DNA of 64,000 nt, taken from the NCBI RefSeq assembly GCF_009914755.1, contig NC_060939.1. One strand, written 5' to 3'. Both the position numbers and the translations under genes were made by a program. Position 1 is the first letter of the stretch. Each line of letters begins with the position of its first letter. Positions 1 to 20,746 of the stretch are shown here, one piece after another. The DNA comes from the human T2T-CHM13v2.0 reference genome, Homo sapiens. The notes under the pieces were generated by a model, which had not been told where the DNA came from, did no database searches, and was given only the letters and a program-made list of their open reading frames with translations.

Positions 1-535
1 GTGCCCTCCAGTGTGGCCCAGGGCACTGGAGTTTGAGACCCCTGTCTGCTGTTCAGCCTGTATGGTGGAGATACAGCCATGGTCTGCCCTTCTCTGAGAG
101 ATAAGTGGTGACAAGCTACCTGAAATACACAGAGCAGCAGCTAGGCCTCCCTGAAAACCTCCGAAGTGACAGCCACCACGAATCTTCAGCTGATGCATTG
201 CACAAACACTGTCCTCTTGGCGAGAGTGCAGGATGGAATTACACCAGTCACCAGAGGCACGTTAGGCTGACTCTCCTCCCTGTCTGGGGCTCCTAGCACC
301 CAATACCAAGTAAGGATTTCAAAACACATCCCTGGCTTCTTGCTGCTCCCAGCAGGACGCTAGAGGTCCAGCCGCAGGCAGCCAGCCCCAGGCATAACTG
401 CTCCCTCCACATTCCTACCCATGCTCTCAGCAGAAAGGCTGCTCAGTCAGCATGTCCCAGCAAAAGATCAGAGAGTGGGGAAAGGTTCCAATTCCTGGGG
501 GCTCAAGAAGGCAGGACAGCAACTTTGTATATTTT

Positions 536-592
536 ATGTATGTATGTATGTATGTATGTATGCATGTATGTATTTATGTATGTATGTATGTA
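536..592. repeat. (TATG)n microsatellite derived from an Alu tail
   Basis: Tandem TATG units directly abutting an antisense Alu. Confidence 0.9.
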
Positions 593-879
593 TTGAGACA
601 GAGTCTCACTCTGTCGCCTACACTGGAGGGCAGTGGCGTGATCTCGGCTCACTGCAAGCTCCACCTCCTGGGTTCAGGCAATTCTCCTGCCTCAGCCCGA
701 GTAGCTGGGACTACAGGCGCCTGCCACCACACCCAGCTAATTTTTGTATTTTTAGTAGAGACCGGGTTTCACCATGGTGGCCAGGCAGGTCTCGAACTCC
801 TGGCCCCAACTGATCCGCCTGCTTCGGCCTCCCAAAGTCCTGGGAGCCACCGCACGCGGCCAGAACAGCCATTTTGGAA

Positions 880-1980
880 CAAACTCTAGTAGACTCCTTG
901 GTGTCATCCTTCATTCCTTCCCTTCTCTCACATCCAAACCACCAAAACCAGAAGCCACCCTCAGACAAGCCCACCCTTGCCATAAGTGAGTGCCTGCTGC
1001 GTATCTAGATTTTTATGTAAAATCGCCTGAATTGGAACCTTTCCCCACTACTGGCTCCTCCTTCAAAATATATCCAGAATCCAACCACTTCTTCACCATC
1101 CCCAGCGCCACCACCCAGGTCCAAGCCATCATCCTCTCTTGCCAGGTCCCTGAAGCTAGAATGCTCCCGATAAGATGGAAATCAGGTAACGATACTCCTC
1201 TCAAAACCCTGCAAAGTAAAAGCGAAAGCTCTCAAAAATGGCCTGTGAGCCCTCTACAGACCCCACTGCCGAACCTCATCCTGTCACTCCACCTGGTGCC
1301 TGCTGAGCCAGCCTTCGCACCATCCTCTCTGCTCTTCCATCATGCCCTTGGCACCTGCGAGTCCCTCTTCCCCCAATACCGAAAATGGCCTGCTTCCTCC
1401 CCTCCTCAGCGATTCCTTCAGTGAGGACTTTTCTGGCTGCCCTATACAAACTTTTGTGCACACACGTTTCTTGCCTGTTTCTCCTTAGCTCTTCTCTTTT
1501 TGGTGGGAGAAGGGGGAGGCAGGGTCTTGCTTTGTCACCCAGGCTAGAGTGCAGTGGCACAATTGTACCTCACTGCAGCCTTGACCTCCTGGGCTCAAAT
1601 GATCCTCCTGAGTAGCTAAGACCACAGACATGCACCATCGTGCCTGGCTAATTTTATTTTTTATTTTTGTAGAGATGGGGTCTCACTATATTGCCCAGGC
1701 TGGTCTGGAGCTCCCAGCCTCAAGCAATCCTCCCACCTCAGCCCCCCAAAATTCTGGGATTACAGGTGTAAGCCACAGTGCCTGGCCTTCCTTAGCTCTT
1801 GTACCCATATATCATACTAGTCAACATCTATCTTGCTTACTGTCTGCCCCCTCCCACATCAGAATTTGAGCTCCTAAGGGTTTTGAAAGAGTCTCTGCTG
1901 GTTTTATTCCCAGCTCTATCCCCAGCACCCGGCATGGTGTCTGGCACAAAGTAGGAGTATACTACTTTTGTCAAAGACAT
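880..1980 (+). mobile_element. L2 LINE 3' fragments interrupted by an Alu
   Basis: L2-like text such as AAAATATATCCAGAATCCAACCACTTCTTCACCATC and terminal CCCCAGCACCCGGCATGGTGTCTGGCACAAAGTAGG. Confidence 0.7.
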
Positions 1981-2605
1981 AAATAAAGGTCAAGTTGAAG
2001 TCAACTCCATCTGTGGTCAGGGCTGCCCTGCCCTCACCTTCTGTTTCACTGAATGTGTTTCCTCCCCTCTCACCCATCTGGTATGCATTGCCACACAGGG
2101 GCCAGTGAGTTCTTACCAGCAGCCTGCACCAGATGTACACGGGTGGCATCTCTCTCCAGCAATAGGCCCCATGCCCTGAAGAAGCTTACAACCTACAGTG
2201 TACTAATATTTGCAATCTGCTGGTATTTTTAACATGGGTTTACAGAGTATAAACCCCAGGGAAGGCCACAGACCCTGGCTTCCAGTAATCTGAGAGCAGT
2301 TTCCAGCACCTCATACCCTGAATGGAACCAGCCCAAGGGCCCTCAACTTCACACAGAAGATGTGGGAGCAGGCCTCAGCCATTCCAAAGAGGCTTTTCCT
2401 CGGTACCTACTAGGCCTAAACACAACCACCCCAATCAGCTCTGGCAGGGCAGCTAGGGCCTTATCTGACGTGGCAGAAAGATCTGCACACTTAAGGGGCA
2501 AGAATTAAGAAGTTTCTGGGTTAGGAGTGAAGGAAGGCTAGATAAGTAATTCTGCCACTGAGCCGTTCACAGAACTGGTCCGCACTGCCCCAAGCTCTAA
2601 CTTAC

Positions 2606-2660
2606 CAGAAACATCACCAGCAGTCGCTGGAAGCCTATGGCGTTGCAAAATAGGAAAAGA
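2606..2660 (-). other. IDH2: Candidate alternative non-coding first exon of IDH2 (5' boundary approximate)
   Basis: Near-consensus donor CTG|GTAAGT on the minus strand (plus strand ACTTACCAG, 2600-2608) in unique, CpG-retaining sequence. Consistent with my recollection of an IDH2 isoform with an intronic first exon and a downstream start codon. Confidence 0.6.
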
Positions 2661-2764
2661 TGCGTGCAGGAATTACCAGGCAGCAAAGACACGGGGCTCT
2701 TTTAGCCCCAAAATATTCTTTCCTTGTCATCAAGGGGAATGCCAAGTATTCTGTCTCCAGCTGC

Positions 2765-2777
2765 GTTGCCAGGTAAC
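2765..2777. promoter_or_regulatory. Second RFX X-box-like site, upstream of the candidate alternative exon
   Basis: GTTGCC-A-GGTAAC: two inverted RFX half-sites with a 1-bp spacer. Confidence 0.45.
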
Positions 2778-3343
2778 AAGCTGGCAGAGTCGCAACTGTA
2801 GAGTCTGATGTCCAACTCCAACACCAAGCAATTTCCCCATTCATAACCAACCCACATGGGGACTTCTAGAAGGGCCTGCAACTGACTGCTTTTTCTGTAT
2901 CCAAATTCAGGACCCTTAAAAGGCGCTTTGTGTTCCTGTTTGTGTGTGTTTTTCGGGTTGTTTGTTTCTTTTTTTTTTTTTTTTACCATCAAGGCAGAAA
3001 AAAAGGGAGAATTAAAGAATGTGGCTAACTTCCACCATATTTTTGCTGAAGGTGGTGTGCTATATGGGAATCTTTGGGTCCTGGGGCACTTGGAACCTGG
3101 GAGTTGTTGGGCAGATCCCTGAGGTAGATTCCCAGAGGTACAAAAGCAGACATGCCCCTTTCTCCTTGGCAGGGAAGGTAGGACTGGGGCCCAAGCCTCC
3201 CTACCCCCCCGGCTCTAGTCAGCTGCTCCCACAATCCGGTTAACCATTACCTCCTCTGGCCAGGTCAGGGCCAGCGGGCCCCATCCCCTCTTCCTCACTC
3301 TCCTGGCTCACTGCAAGGGGCTCCTGGCCAGATTAGGATAGGG

Positions 3344-3357
3344 GTTTCCATGGCAAC
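3344..3357. promoter_or_regulatory. RFX X-box
   Basis: GTTTCCATGGCAAC matches the palindromic RFX consensus GTTNCCATGGNAAC. Confidence 0.65.
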
Positions 3358-3784
3358 AGGCATTAGGCAGGGCCAAGGGACCTACATTGTTCCCTGCCTT
3401 TTGTAGCTGTGTTGGGTAGCCAGGGTGAGGGGGCAGGCCGATGCCCACACGCCAAGCAAGGCAGCCTGCGTTGGCAACGGAGGCTCGGGCTAAGTCTTGC
3501 TTATTACGACCCGACTACTGTCTTCCCTCCTAAGCAGGGAACTAAGGGTACCCAGAAGCCGTGGGAACGATTCCGCAAAGTGACATTTTGCGCGGGCTGC
3601 CAGGTCTCTGCGGCGAGTGAGCCAGGCAGGGAGGGCATGTGCCTGCCAAGGCAGGTCAAGTCAAGGAGAGGCCCCAGGATGGAGCCTCAAGTGCAGCGAT
3701 GAAGGCGAAGGGGTGGGGGTGGGGGCGGCCAAACAAAAGGGGAAAATTAAAAAGGACGCTCCTCCAGCTGTCGTGTAAAAGGCT

Positions 3785-3803
3785 CCAAAAATAGCTGACG
3801 TGG
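3785..3803. promoter_or_regulatory. Adjacent MEF2-like and CRE/UPRE-like motifs in IDH2 intron 1
   Basis: CCAAAAATAG (3785-3794) followed by TGACGTGG (3796-3803). Confidence 0.4.
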
Positions 3804-4104
3804 GCCTGGTATCAGCGCGCGCCTGGCTGAAAAGGAAGGGGAAGTGCATGTCTCCCGCCTCCCAGCCTTTGTCTGAGCAGGGGCCGAGCCACGACCCTCC
3901 CTCTCGCCAGGGGAGCGCGCGGGGTGCTCCAGCCCCCCACGGGTGCTCGTCTCGTTCCAGGGGCGCAGGGCGGGCAGGCCACCCTTCGGGTCCGGGACAC
4001 TCTCAGGACCCCCTCCCGAAATACCTAGGGGCGCGCGGCAGCCCCGAGCCCCCGCCCGCGCAGAGCTGGCCGTCGCCCGGGCCACCAGTTGCCACCGTCC
4101 CTCA

Positions 4105-6540
<2,436 letters not shown>

Positions 6541-8247
6541 GTATGTCAGCCACCCATACTGCCACCTCTGAAATGGCGGTAATGAAATTGCTGTCCCCCT
6601 CCCCCCACCAAGGACTTGCCCCTTTCTCTGCATGTTGGACTCATATCTCAGAGGCCTGGCCAGAGGCAGCACTGTAGGTGTGTTCCAGAGTCTGGTCTTT
6701 GCCTGCTGAGGGATCAGAGGGGGAGCACTTGTGTGCCTTGTAAGCACAGCAGCAGCTGGAGGCAATTGAGGCAAAATCTTTAAACTGATTCTAACTACCT
6801 GCCTCCCAGGGCCCCAGCTCCACGCCAGCCTTTCCCGTAAATCCTGTTTGGTGAGGCAGCTGATGCCAGCTCCATTTGGCTCGTAGAGGTTACCACACTT
6901 GCTCAATGTCACACTGCTGGGAAGCAGTAAAACTCCAGTTCAAATCAACATACCTGGCCCATATTCCATTACTGTTTTTTTGTTTTTTCCGAGACAGGGT
7001 CTCACTCTGTTGCCCAGGCTGGAGTGCAATGGTATGATCATGGCTCCCTGAAGCCTCGACCTCCCGGGCTCAAGTGATCCTCCCACCTTAGCCTCCTCAG
7101 TAGCTTGGACAACAAGAACATGCAACCATGCCCGGCTAATTTTTTTTCTGTTACTTTTTGAAGGAGAAAGAGGGAGAAACCACAGCCCCTATTTATTGTG
7201 CTGGTCTGGAATTCCTGGTGATGGTAACTATTGGCCCTGAAAGCTGCTGCAGAGAAAGATGGTGTTTAAAGGAAAGGGGCTCAGATCCTCCCATCTGGGG
7301 TCAGTGGAATTGAAAATTTCCACCCCTCCACATTTTCAATCAAACCCCAATTTGTCATTGAATTTAGGTCACGTGCAAGTTCCCTGTGGAGGCACAAAAA
7401 TTTGTATCACTCCGTCCCCACCCTCTGGGAGCCAGACACACATGTATACAATCACCATAAACCCAGGCACAAGAGAAAAATGTCTGCTGGGCGTGGTGGC
7501 TCACACCTGTAATCCCAGCACTTTGGGAGGTCAAGGCAAACTCCTTGAGCTCAGGAGTTTGAGACCAGCTTGGTCAGCAGAGTGAGACCTTAATCTCTAT
7601 TTTAAAAAAAAAAAAAGAAAGAAAGTGTCCCAAGAGGAGTGTAGATGACGCTTGAAACATCTGGCAAGGAGAAAAGCACCTCGGATGCAGGGGCCCCTGG
7701 AGAGCCTGGGGGAGGAGCGTCCATCTAGCTGCCTCTTCAAAGAGCTCTGAGGTCTGGGGGGAGGCCGGACAGGACAGCTGGGAGCAGTCAGGGACTCACA
7801 TTTCTTTTTCTTTTTTCTTTGGAGACAGAGTCTTGCTCTGTTGCCCAGGCTGGTGTGCAATGGTGGGACTCGGCTCACTGCAACCTCTGCCTCCGAGGTT
7901 CAAGCAATTCTCCTGTCTCAGCCTCTCAAGTAGCTGGGATTACAGGTACGCACCACCATGCCCAGCTAATTTTTGTATTTTGAGTAGAGATGGGGGTTTC
8001 ACCATGTTGGCCAGGCTGGTCTTGAACTCCTGACTTCAGGTGATCAGCCCACCTCGGCCTCCCAAAGTGCTAGGATTACAGGCATGAGCCACCACGCCCA
8101 GGCTCTTTTATTTTATTTTATTTTATTTTATTTTATTTTATTTTATTTTATTTTATTTTTGAGATGGAGTCTTGCTCTGTTCCCCAGGCTGGAGTGCAGC
8201 AGTGTGATCTCGGCTCAGGGCAACCTCTGCCTCCGAGGTTCAAGTGA

Positions 8248-8550
<303 letters not shown>

Positions 8551-9338
8551 TGATCCTCCCACCTTGGCCTCCCAAAGTGCTGGCATTACAGGAGTGAATC
8601 CCGCGGGGACTCACATTTCATCCAGCCAACATTCCAGGGCATTCGTTTTGTGGTGTGCAATAGGCAGACAGTAACATTTGGCAACAGTGGTGAGAGGGTA
8701 TTGGGATAGAGCCTGGGGAAGGGAGACAAGAGTTCCTGAGCTAGGGACAGGCCTGACACAGGGTGCTGGCGGAACCCCCAAGAGAGGCAGGACTCCAGAG
8801 ATGGTATAGAGGAGATAGAATCAGCAGGAATTGTAGCTGGTTTGACATGGGGCATGGCCGGGGGAGGAGTCAGAGTGACTCAGACTTCCATCCCTGGGGC
8901 TGGAAGAATGGCACAGCCATTATTAGAAATCAGAGAATAGGAGGAGGAGAGAGTTGTGGGAGAGGCGTTGACAGCAGAGCTATTTATGGTCATCTCCAAA
9001 CTTATTTCCCTGCCAGCTGTCTGTGCCCCCTCCCCCACCCAATCTGCCCTACCTGCTGCTTCCAGCACTGTCCTCCCAAAGCCCAGTCCTGAGCAGCTAC
9101 TCCACAGCTCAGATACCCACAGGAGCTTCCCACGCCATACACAAGCAACTCTGAACAGCTTCTAACAGTCCATGGCCTCCACCTCCCTCTCTTCTCGTCT
9201 GCTATTTCCCCCTCCCCAGGATCCCTAAATGTAGCATTCTCCTGAATTGTCACTGCCTCGGTGCCCTCGCGTTGTCCCCTCCCTCCACCACACAGGTTCT
9301 GTACTGCCCACAGCCAGACCCAACTCACACTTGGTGGC

Positions 9339-10653
<1,315 letters not shown>

Positions 10654-11199
10654 ATGGCCAAGTCCAAGCCCACCTTCACAAGCCTGCACCGAGGGTAGGG
10701 GGCTGCAGGGACAACAGCATTCATTCACCTGAGTCATCACGTACGGTATCCAACCCCCCAGACCCCTCCAATAAAAGAGCACAAAATCTACTCTGATTTT
10801 AGCTTTGGAAAATGGACATCAATGGGGTTCAGAAGCAAATTTGAAAGATTTTGAAATACTATTTAATTTCTTGAAATTTTATCTCATCACTTAAGTTAAT
10901 CCTAAAAATTCCTAATATTAATAAAACTAGAGAGCCAAGAGCCGTTCTCAGTGGCACACACCTGTAATCCCAGCTACTTGGGAGGCCAAGGCAGGAGGAT
11001 TGCTTGAGCCCAGGAATTTGAGGCCAGCCTGGGCAACATAGCTTAATCCAAGTAAAAACCAGAGAGCCAGAGTTGGTGCCACGGGAAATGATGAAAAGTC
11101 ATTACAAAGAACCAGGTGCTGGCCAGAAGCAGTGGGTCATGCCTGTAATCCCAGCACTTTGGGAGGCCAAGGCGGGTTGATCACGAGGTCAAGAGATCA

Positions 11200-11508
<309 letters not shown>

Positions 11509-11519
11509 TTATATGATTC

Positions 11520-11690
11520 AAAGTCTCATTGCCTGGGCAAGTCAGTTAACCTCTCTGAGCCTCAATTTCCTCATCTGCAAAATGTGGATAATAACAGCAC
11601 CTACTCCTAGGGTAATTCTGAGAATTAAATGAACTCACGCAGATAAAATGCTTAGAATGGTGCCTGGCACACACTGAGGGGATCTGCTGC
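11520..11690 (+). mobile_element. MIR
   Basis: MIR core GGGCAAGTCAGTTAACCTCTCTGAGCCTCAATTTCCTCATCTGCAAAATG. Confidence 0.9.
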
Positions 11691-11990
11691 TAGTGATATT
11701 AATATTATCAGATCATTCACATCTACAATGCAACAGGTTTTTTGTTGTTGTTGTTGGTTTTGTTTTGTTTTGTTTTGAGACAGAATCTTGCTCTGTCACC
11801 CAGGCTGGAGTGCAGTGTGTACGATCTCGGCTCACTGCAACCTCCACCCCCCAGGTTCAACCAATTCTCCTGTCTCAGCCTCCCGAGTAGCTGGGATTAC
11901 AGGCATGCGCCACTATGCCGGGCCAATTTTTTGTATTTTTTTATGGGGTCTAGCCATGTTGGCCAGGCTGGTCTCGAACTCCTGACCTCA

Positions 11991-12080
<90 letters not shown>

Positions 12081-12429
12081 CTATGACATGCCAGTCCTGA
12101 CCCAGGAATGGACAAGAGGGCACATTCCTTTCCTGAGAGGACCTCAATCCACTGAGAAACATGGGGAAATGAATGTGTCAATAGATATTTCAAAACAGTG
12201 GATTAGCCAGGCGCGATGGCTCATGCCTGTAATCCCAGCATTAAAGGAGGTCAAGAAGGGAGGACCGTTTGAGGCTAGGAGGTTGACACTGCAGCCATAT
12301 TTGTGTCACCACACTCCAGCCTAGGTGACAAAGTAAGAACATGTCTCAAAAAAGAAAAGAAAGAATGAAAGAGAGAGAGATGGAGGGAGAGAGGGAGGAA
12401 GGAAGGAAGGAAAAGGGGAATAGGAAGGA

Positions 12430-12710
12430 AATGTAATGGTGGTTACATGTTATTACATTGTCAAAACCCCTAGAACTGTACAACACAATGAATGAACCTT
12501 AATGTAAACTATGGACTACAGTTAATAATAATATATCAATATTTTTTCATCGATTATAATAAGTATAACAAGGGTAAAATATTAATAGGAGAGACTATGA
12601 AGGATGGGCTAGGGTAGTAGGATGGGTATATAGAACTTTATGTATTACTTTGCTCAATTAGTCTGTAAATCTCAAACTGTACTATTAATAAAAAACAAAG
12701 TATTAATTAT
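12430..12710 (+). mobile_element. L1MC-type 3' end
   Basis: GTCAAAACCCCTAGAACTGTACAACAC...AACCTTAATGTAAACTATGGACT is typical of old L1 3' UTRs. Confidence 0.8.
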
Positions 12711-13035
12711 TTTTCATACTTTTTTCAAAAGGCATTAACAATAGTCTAATGATGCAGGGCATTCCTTTTGAGCAAGGAAAGAGGAAGGTAAAATGATTTA
12801 AATAGTTACCCTTGTGAGATTTTGATTTGTGGTATGTTTATGAAGTGTTGGACAAGGGGTGAGGGTTTTGGATTTGAGACATAGAATGATGCCAGGCATG
12901 GTGGCTCTCACACCTAAAATCTCAGCACTTTGGGAGGCCAAGGTGGGAGGATTGGTTGAGGCCAGGTGTTTGAGACCAACCTAGGCAACACAGCAAGATC
13001 CTGTCTCTAAAAAAAAAATACTTTAATTTAATTCA

Positions 13036-13413
<378 letters not shown>

Positions 13414-14347
13414 TCACGAGGTCAGGAGATCGAGACCATCCTGGCTAATATGGTGAAACCCCGTCTCTACGAAAAATACAAAAAATTAGCCAGGCGTGGT
13501 GGTGGGCGCCTGAAGTCCCAGCTACTTGGGAGGCTGAGGCAGGAGAATGGCATGAGCCTGGGAGGCGGAGCTTGCAGTGAGCCGAGATTGCGCACACTGC
13601 ACTCCAGCCTGGGTGACAGAGCAAGACTCCATCTCAAAAAAAAAAAAAATAATAATAATAATAACAACAACAAAATAAATTAATTAATTAAAAGAATGGA
13701 ATAAAATATAAGGAAGACATCAAAAAAAAAAAGAATGAGGTAGGTCAATATTTTCTGACATCAAAAGATGTTCTGTGTGCCAGGTGTGATGGCTCACACC
13801 TGTAATCCCAGCACTTTGGGAGGCCAAGAAGGGTAGATTGCTTGAGTCCAGGAGTTTGAGATCAGCCTGGGCAAAATGGTGAAACCTAGTCTCTACAAAA
13901 AATACAGAAATTAGCTGGGCATGGTGGAATGCACCTGTGGTCCCAGCTACTCGGGAGACTGAGGTGAGAGGATCACTTGAACCCAGAGACAGAGGTAGTA
14001 GTGAGCTGAGATTGCACCACTGCACTACAGCCTGGGTGACAGAGTGAGAGAGTGAGACCCTGTCTCAAAAAACAAACAAACAAACAAAAGTTACATGATA
14101 TAATAAATAAAAGGAGAAAATTGCAGAGAAGTAACTGTATGTAAGCACACACACATACATGAAAAATTGAAGGCACTTAAGCCAAAGAGTATGAGGGAGG
14201 AGTGAGATTACACAAGACTCTCAATTTCTACTTTATACAATTCTGTGGGGTTTGAATGTCATGTAACAAGCATCTATTACTTTTATAACCAGAAAAAAAA
14301 ATTGAGATATATATTGTTTATTTTAAAAACAGACACAGCCAGTCTCA

Positions 14348-14536
<189 letters not shown>

Positions 14537-14599
14537 TTATATCTTGCAAGTAACTTTTAAGAGACTAGCACTTGTGCATTTTGTTACAGAACATGAGTG

Positions 14600-15247
<648 letters not shown>

Positions 15248-15489
15248 TATTCTCAATATCTGAAAAAACTATGAAATACTCGCCCCCCACCCCCCCCCCC
15301 CCGGCCTTCCTTTTGCAGCTGTGTGAGGCTGGGTTTTCTTCATATACTTCAACCCAAACAGCATAATAGCAACACAAATGCAGAAGCAGCTATGAGAATC
15401 CAGCTACTTTCATTAAGTCAGATATTGAGAGAACTGCAAAAATGTAAACAATGCAATTCTTCTCATGAAGTTTTTTTTGGAAACTGTAG

Positions 15490-15782
<293 letters not shown>

Positions 15783-15925
15783 TGAGCCATCGCGTCCGGC
15801 CTAAATAAATATTTCTAAAACATATTCGTTTCTAACTTTTAACTCAGTAAATATGCTTATATATAACCCATAACTGCAAAACCTCTTTGGAATCCTCAAA
15901 AACAATGTCTGTAAAAGGATGCCAA

Positions 15926-16900
15926 TAAAACCACCTCTGCAAAAATTACAACAGTGAGAGAAATATAATATAACTGACTTCATCTTGCTTCTAACCTCAC
16001 AAGCTAACTGCCCTTGCTCATTCCTGGGCATAGGCCAAGCTAAGTATGGGACGAATTTTGTTTATAGTTTAACCTTAAAGCAAGGGTTAGCCTGGCGCAG
16101 TGGCTCATGCCTGTAATCTAAGTACTTTGGGAGGCTGAGGCTAGAGGATCACTTGAAGCCAGGGGTTTGAGACCAGCCTGGGAAACAGAGTGAGACCCTG
16201 TTTCTACAAAAAAATAAAATAAAAAAAAAAGAGAGCGAGAGAGAGAAAAGAAAGAAAAGAAAAGAAGGATGATAATAATCCTTTCCCAAAACTAACCCCC
16301 ATCATGTTTGGGACTGAAACCGCGTTTGGAAAGCTAATGAAAGACCTCGAATTTAGAATCATGGGAGGGGTCTGAATTATGCTAACCTGTAAACATACTT
16401 GCTTTTCTATAATCACTTACTGCTCAGCAGCCATATAGATTTGTAACTGCTGGAGGTCACAAGATTTGCAACTTCCCTAGTTGTTCCTGTAGATAACATC
16501 ACTATTGTAAACCTAAGGCTGGTCTGAGATATTTCTCACACTTTTGCATTCTGGCAGACCAGCTGACTTCACTCAGACCCATGACCCACACCAACGGACT
16601 GACTCCACCAGTCCTGTGGCCCCACCCAGAAACTGACTCAGCACACCAAACAGTTTAAACATTCCTATTATTTCATCTCCAGCCAATCAGCAGCACCAAT
16701 TCCTTAGTCCCCTGACTGTCAAATTGTCCTTAAAAGCCCTAGCCTCTGAGTTCTTGATGAGATGGATTTGAGAAACATCTCTGGTCCTCTTTGCTCAGCA
16801 CCCTATGATTATTAAACTCTTTCTCTACCGCAACACCTTCTGTTTCAACATATTGGCTTTTTCTGTGTGGCAAGGAAGAAGAACCTGTTGGGTGGTAACA
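15926..16900 (+). mobile_element. LTR8-family (LTR8B-like) solo LTR with an internal Alu monomer
   Basis: Start TAAAACCACCTCTGCAAAAATTACAACAGTGAGAG, internal CATCTTGCTTCTAACCTCACAAGCT, end GGGTGGTAACA. 4-bp TSD CCAA/CCGA. Confidence 0.85.
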
Positions 16901-17004
16901 CCGAAATAAAAACATTTGAGAATAATTATACTAGAAGAGAGTAATTGCATCTCAACAAAAATGGAGGCCACATTATCACACACAAGATATTTAATATTTA
17001 TACA

Positions 17005-18127
<1,123 letters not shown>

Positions 18128-18266
18128 TACCGTATAATATATAGTCCATATTAAGTTTTCCCAAATTGTCCCAATAATTAATGTAAGCATATTTTTAAAT
18201 TACAAACACATAGGATTTAGGAGCTGTCTTTTTGATAGTGATTTTATGTTTTATTGCACTGGGTCT

Positions 18267-19092
18267 TGCTAAAGAAAAAATGATTCATGATGCTTGTTAA
18301 AGATGGCAAGGCAGGTTTTATCCAAGGTGAGCTATGGTGATAGGTTTAGGGACCACTGTGATGGGGTCTTGTAGTGGGGGAGAGAGTGGACTCAACTCCA
18401 ACTCCAACAAGGACAAGTGGGGATCTATAACCAAGGAGCGGGGGGTTGGGTATCGGTGGATGGAAAACTACTAAAAAGAAACATCGAGGATAAAAGGGCT
18501 TCTGTTCTGGCTAAACTGACTGATAGCATTATTGCTGAAGGCAGGCCAGGGTGATAAGATATCAAAGGGGGTCAGATACCAAGGTTGGGGCCTGCCTTCC
18601 TTCTTTTTTCCTTCCTTCCTTCCTTTCCTTTCCTTTCCTTTCATTTCCCCTTTCCTTGTTCTTTTCCTTTCCTTTCTTTCTTCTTTCTTTCTTTTTTATT
18701 GAGACAGGGTCTCACTCTGTCACCCAGGCTGGAGTGCAGTGACACGTTCTCGGCTCACTGCGGCCTCGACCACCTGGACTCAGGCGATCCTCCTGCCTCA
18801 GCCTCCGAATCGCTGGGACCACAGGCATGCATCCTAATTTTTTTGTATTTTTTATACAGATGGGTTTTCGCTATGTTGCCCAGGCTGATGCACCCACCTT
18901 GGCCTCCCAAAGTGCTAGGATTACAGGCGCAAGCCACCGTGCCTGGCCTAGATTTTGTTAAACTGACTTAGCTGGTCATTTGCTCAAACTGGATTCTACA
19001 AAGATAGAGAGGGAAGCCCGAGGTCAGGCCTATGGAGGCAGAGGACTCAGAGGAGGCTGACTGAAGTTTTGGCCAAAGGGAAGTCTTTGTTA
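18267..19092 (-). mobile_element. Old ERV LTR (MER76-like) with a nested Alu
   Basis: LTR-like text GGACTCAACTCCAACTCCAACAAGGACAAGTGGGGATCTATAACCAAGGAGC and GGACTCAGAGGAGGCTGACTGAAGTTTTGGCCAAAGGG. Family assignment is weak. Confidence 0.45.
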
Positions 19093-19162
19093 GTTTATAA
19101 TTTGTCCTCTTTGACATGTATTGACTCTTCTTTGGTGGTCCAATGTGTGATCAAATGTGTAA

Positions 19163-19390
<228 letters not shown>

Positions 19391-20500
19391 TGAATTCCTG
19401 GGCTCAATTAATCTTCCTGCCTCAGCCTCCCAAGTGGCTGGGACTACAGGTTCATACCACCACACCCAGTTCTAGGTATTCTTTTATTTATTTTTTATTT
19501 GATTTATATATTTTTTTTCTGAGATGGAGTCTCGCTCTGTCACCCAGGCTAGAGTGCAGTGGCCCGATCTCGGCTCACTGCAACCTCTGCCTCCCAGGTT
19601 AAAGTGATTCTCCTGCCTCAGTCTCTGAGTAGCTGGGATTACAGGCATGCGCCACCATGCCTGGCTAATTTTTGTATTTTTAGTAGAGACAGGGTTTGCC
19701 TATTTTGGCCAGGCTAGTCTCGAACTCATGACCTCAGGTGATCTGCCCACCTCGGCCTCCCAAAGTGCTGGGATTACAGGTGTGAGCCACCGCATCCAGC
19801 CCTAGGTATTCTTTTTGTTGTTGTTGTTGATTTGTTTTGTTTTTTAGCAGAGACAAGGTCTTGCTATGTTGTCCAGGCTGGTCTTGAACTCCTGGACTCA
19901 AGCAATCCTCCCACTTCAGCCTCCCAAAGTGTTAGGATTACAGGTGTGAGCCACTACACCCAATCTTTTCCGATTTTTTTTTTTTTTTTTTTTTTTTTGG
20001 CAGGGGGAGATGCATTAGAGTGCAGTGATACGATCACAGCTCATTGCAGCCTTGACCTCCTGGGCTCAAGCAATCCTTCCACCTCAGCCTCCCAAGTAGC
20101 GCCACTGAAATCTATGTTCTTGTAAGTTTTTATAAGCTATTTGTTTCTAAGAGAGGTGTTAAGACTGCCCAGTGTGATTGTGGATGTGTTCATTCCTCTT
20201 GGTAATTCCATCCATTTGTGCTATATATATTATGAAGTTTTCTTAAGTGTTATGCTCATACCTGTTATATTTTTCTAGTAAATTACTCCTTTTATCATTA
20301 AATAATGATTCTCTTTATACCTAAACTTGCGTTTTGCCTTAAGATTTATTTTGAACTATTGTATATTGCTACACCAGCTTTACTTTGGTCCGTATTTGCC
20401 TGATACAACTTTTTTCATGCCTTTTACTTTTAATTTTTTATGTTACATATTTTATGTGTATCCACACATAGCTGAGTTTTGGTTTTGTAACATACTTTGA

Positions 20501-20746
<246 letters not shown>

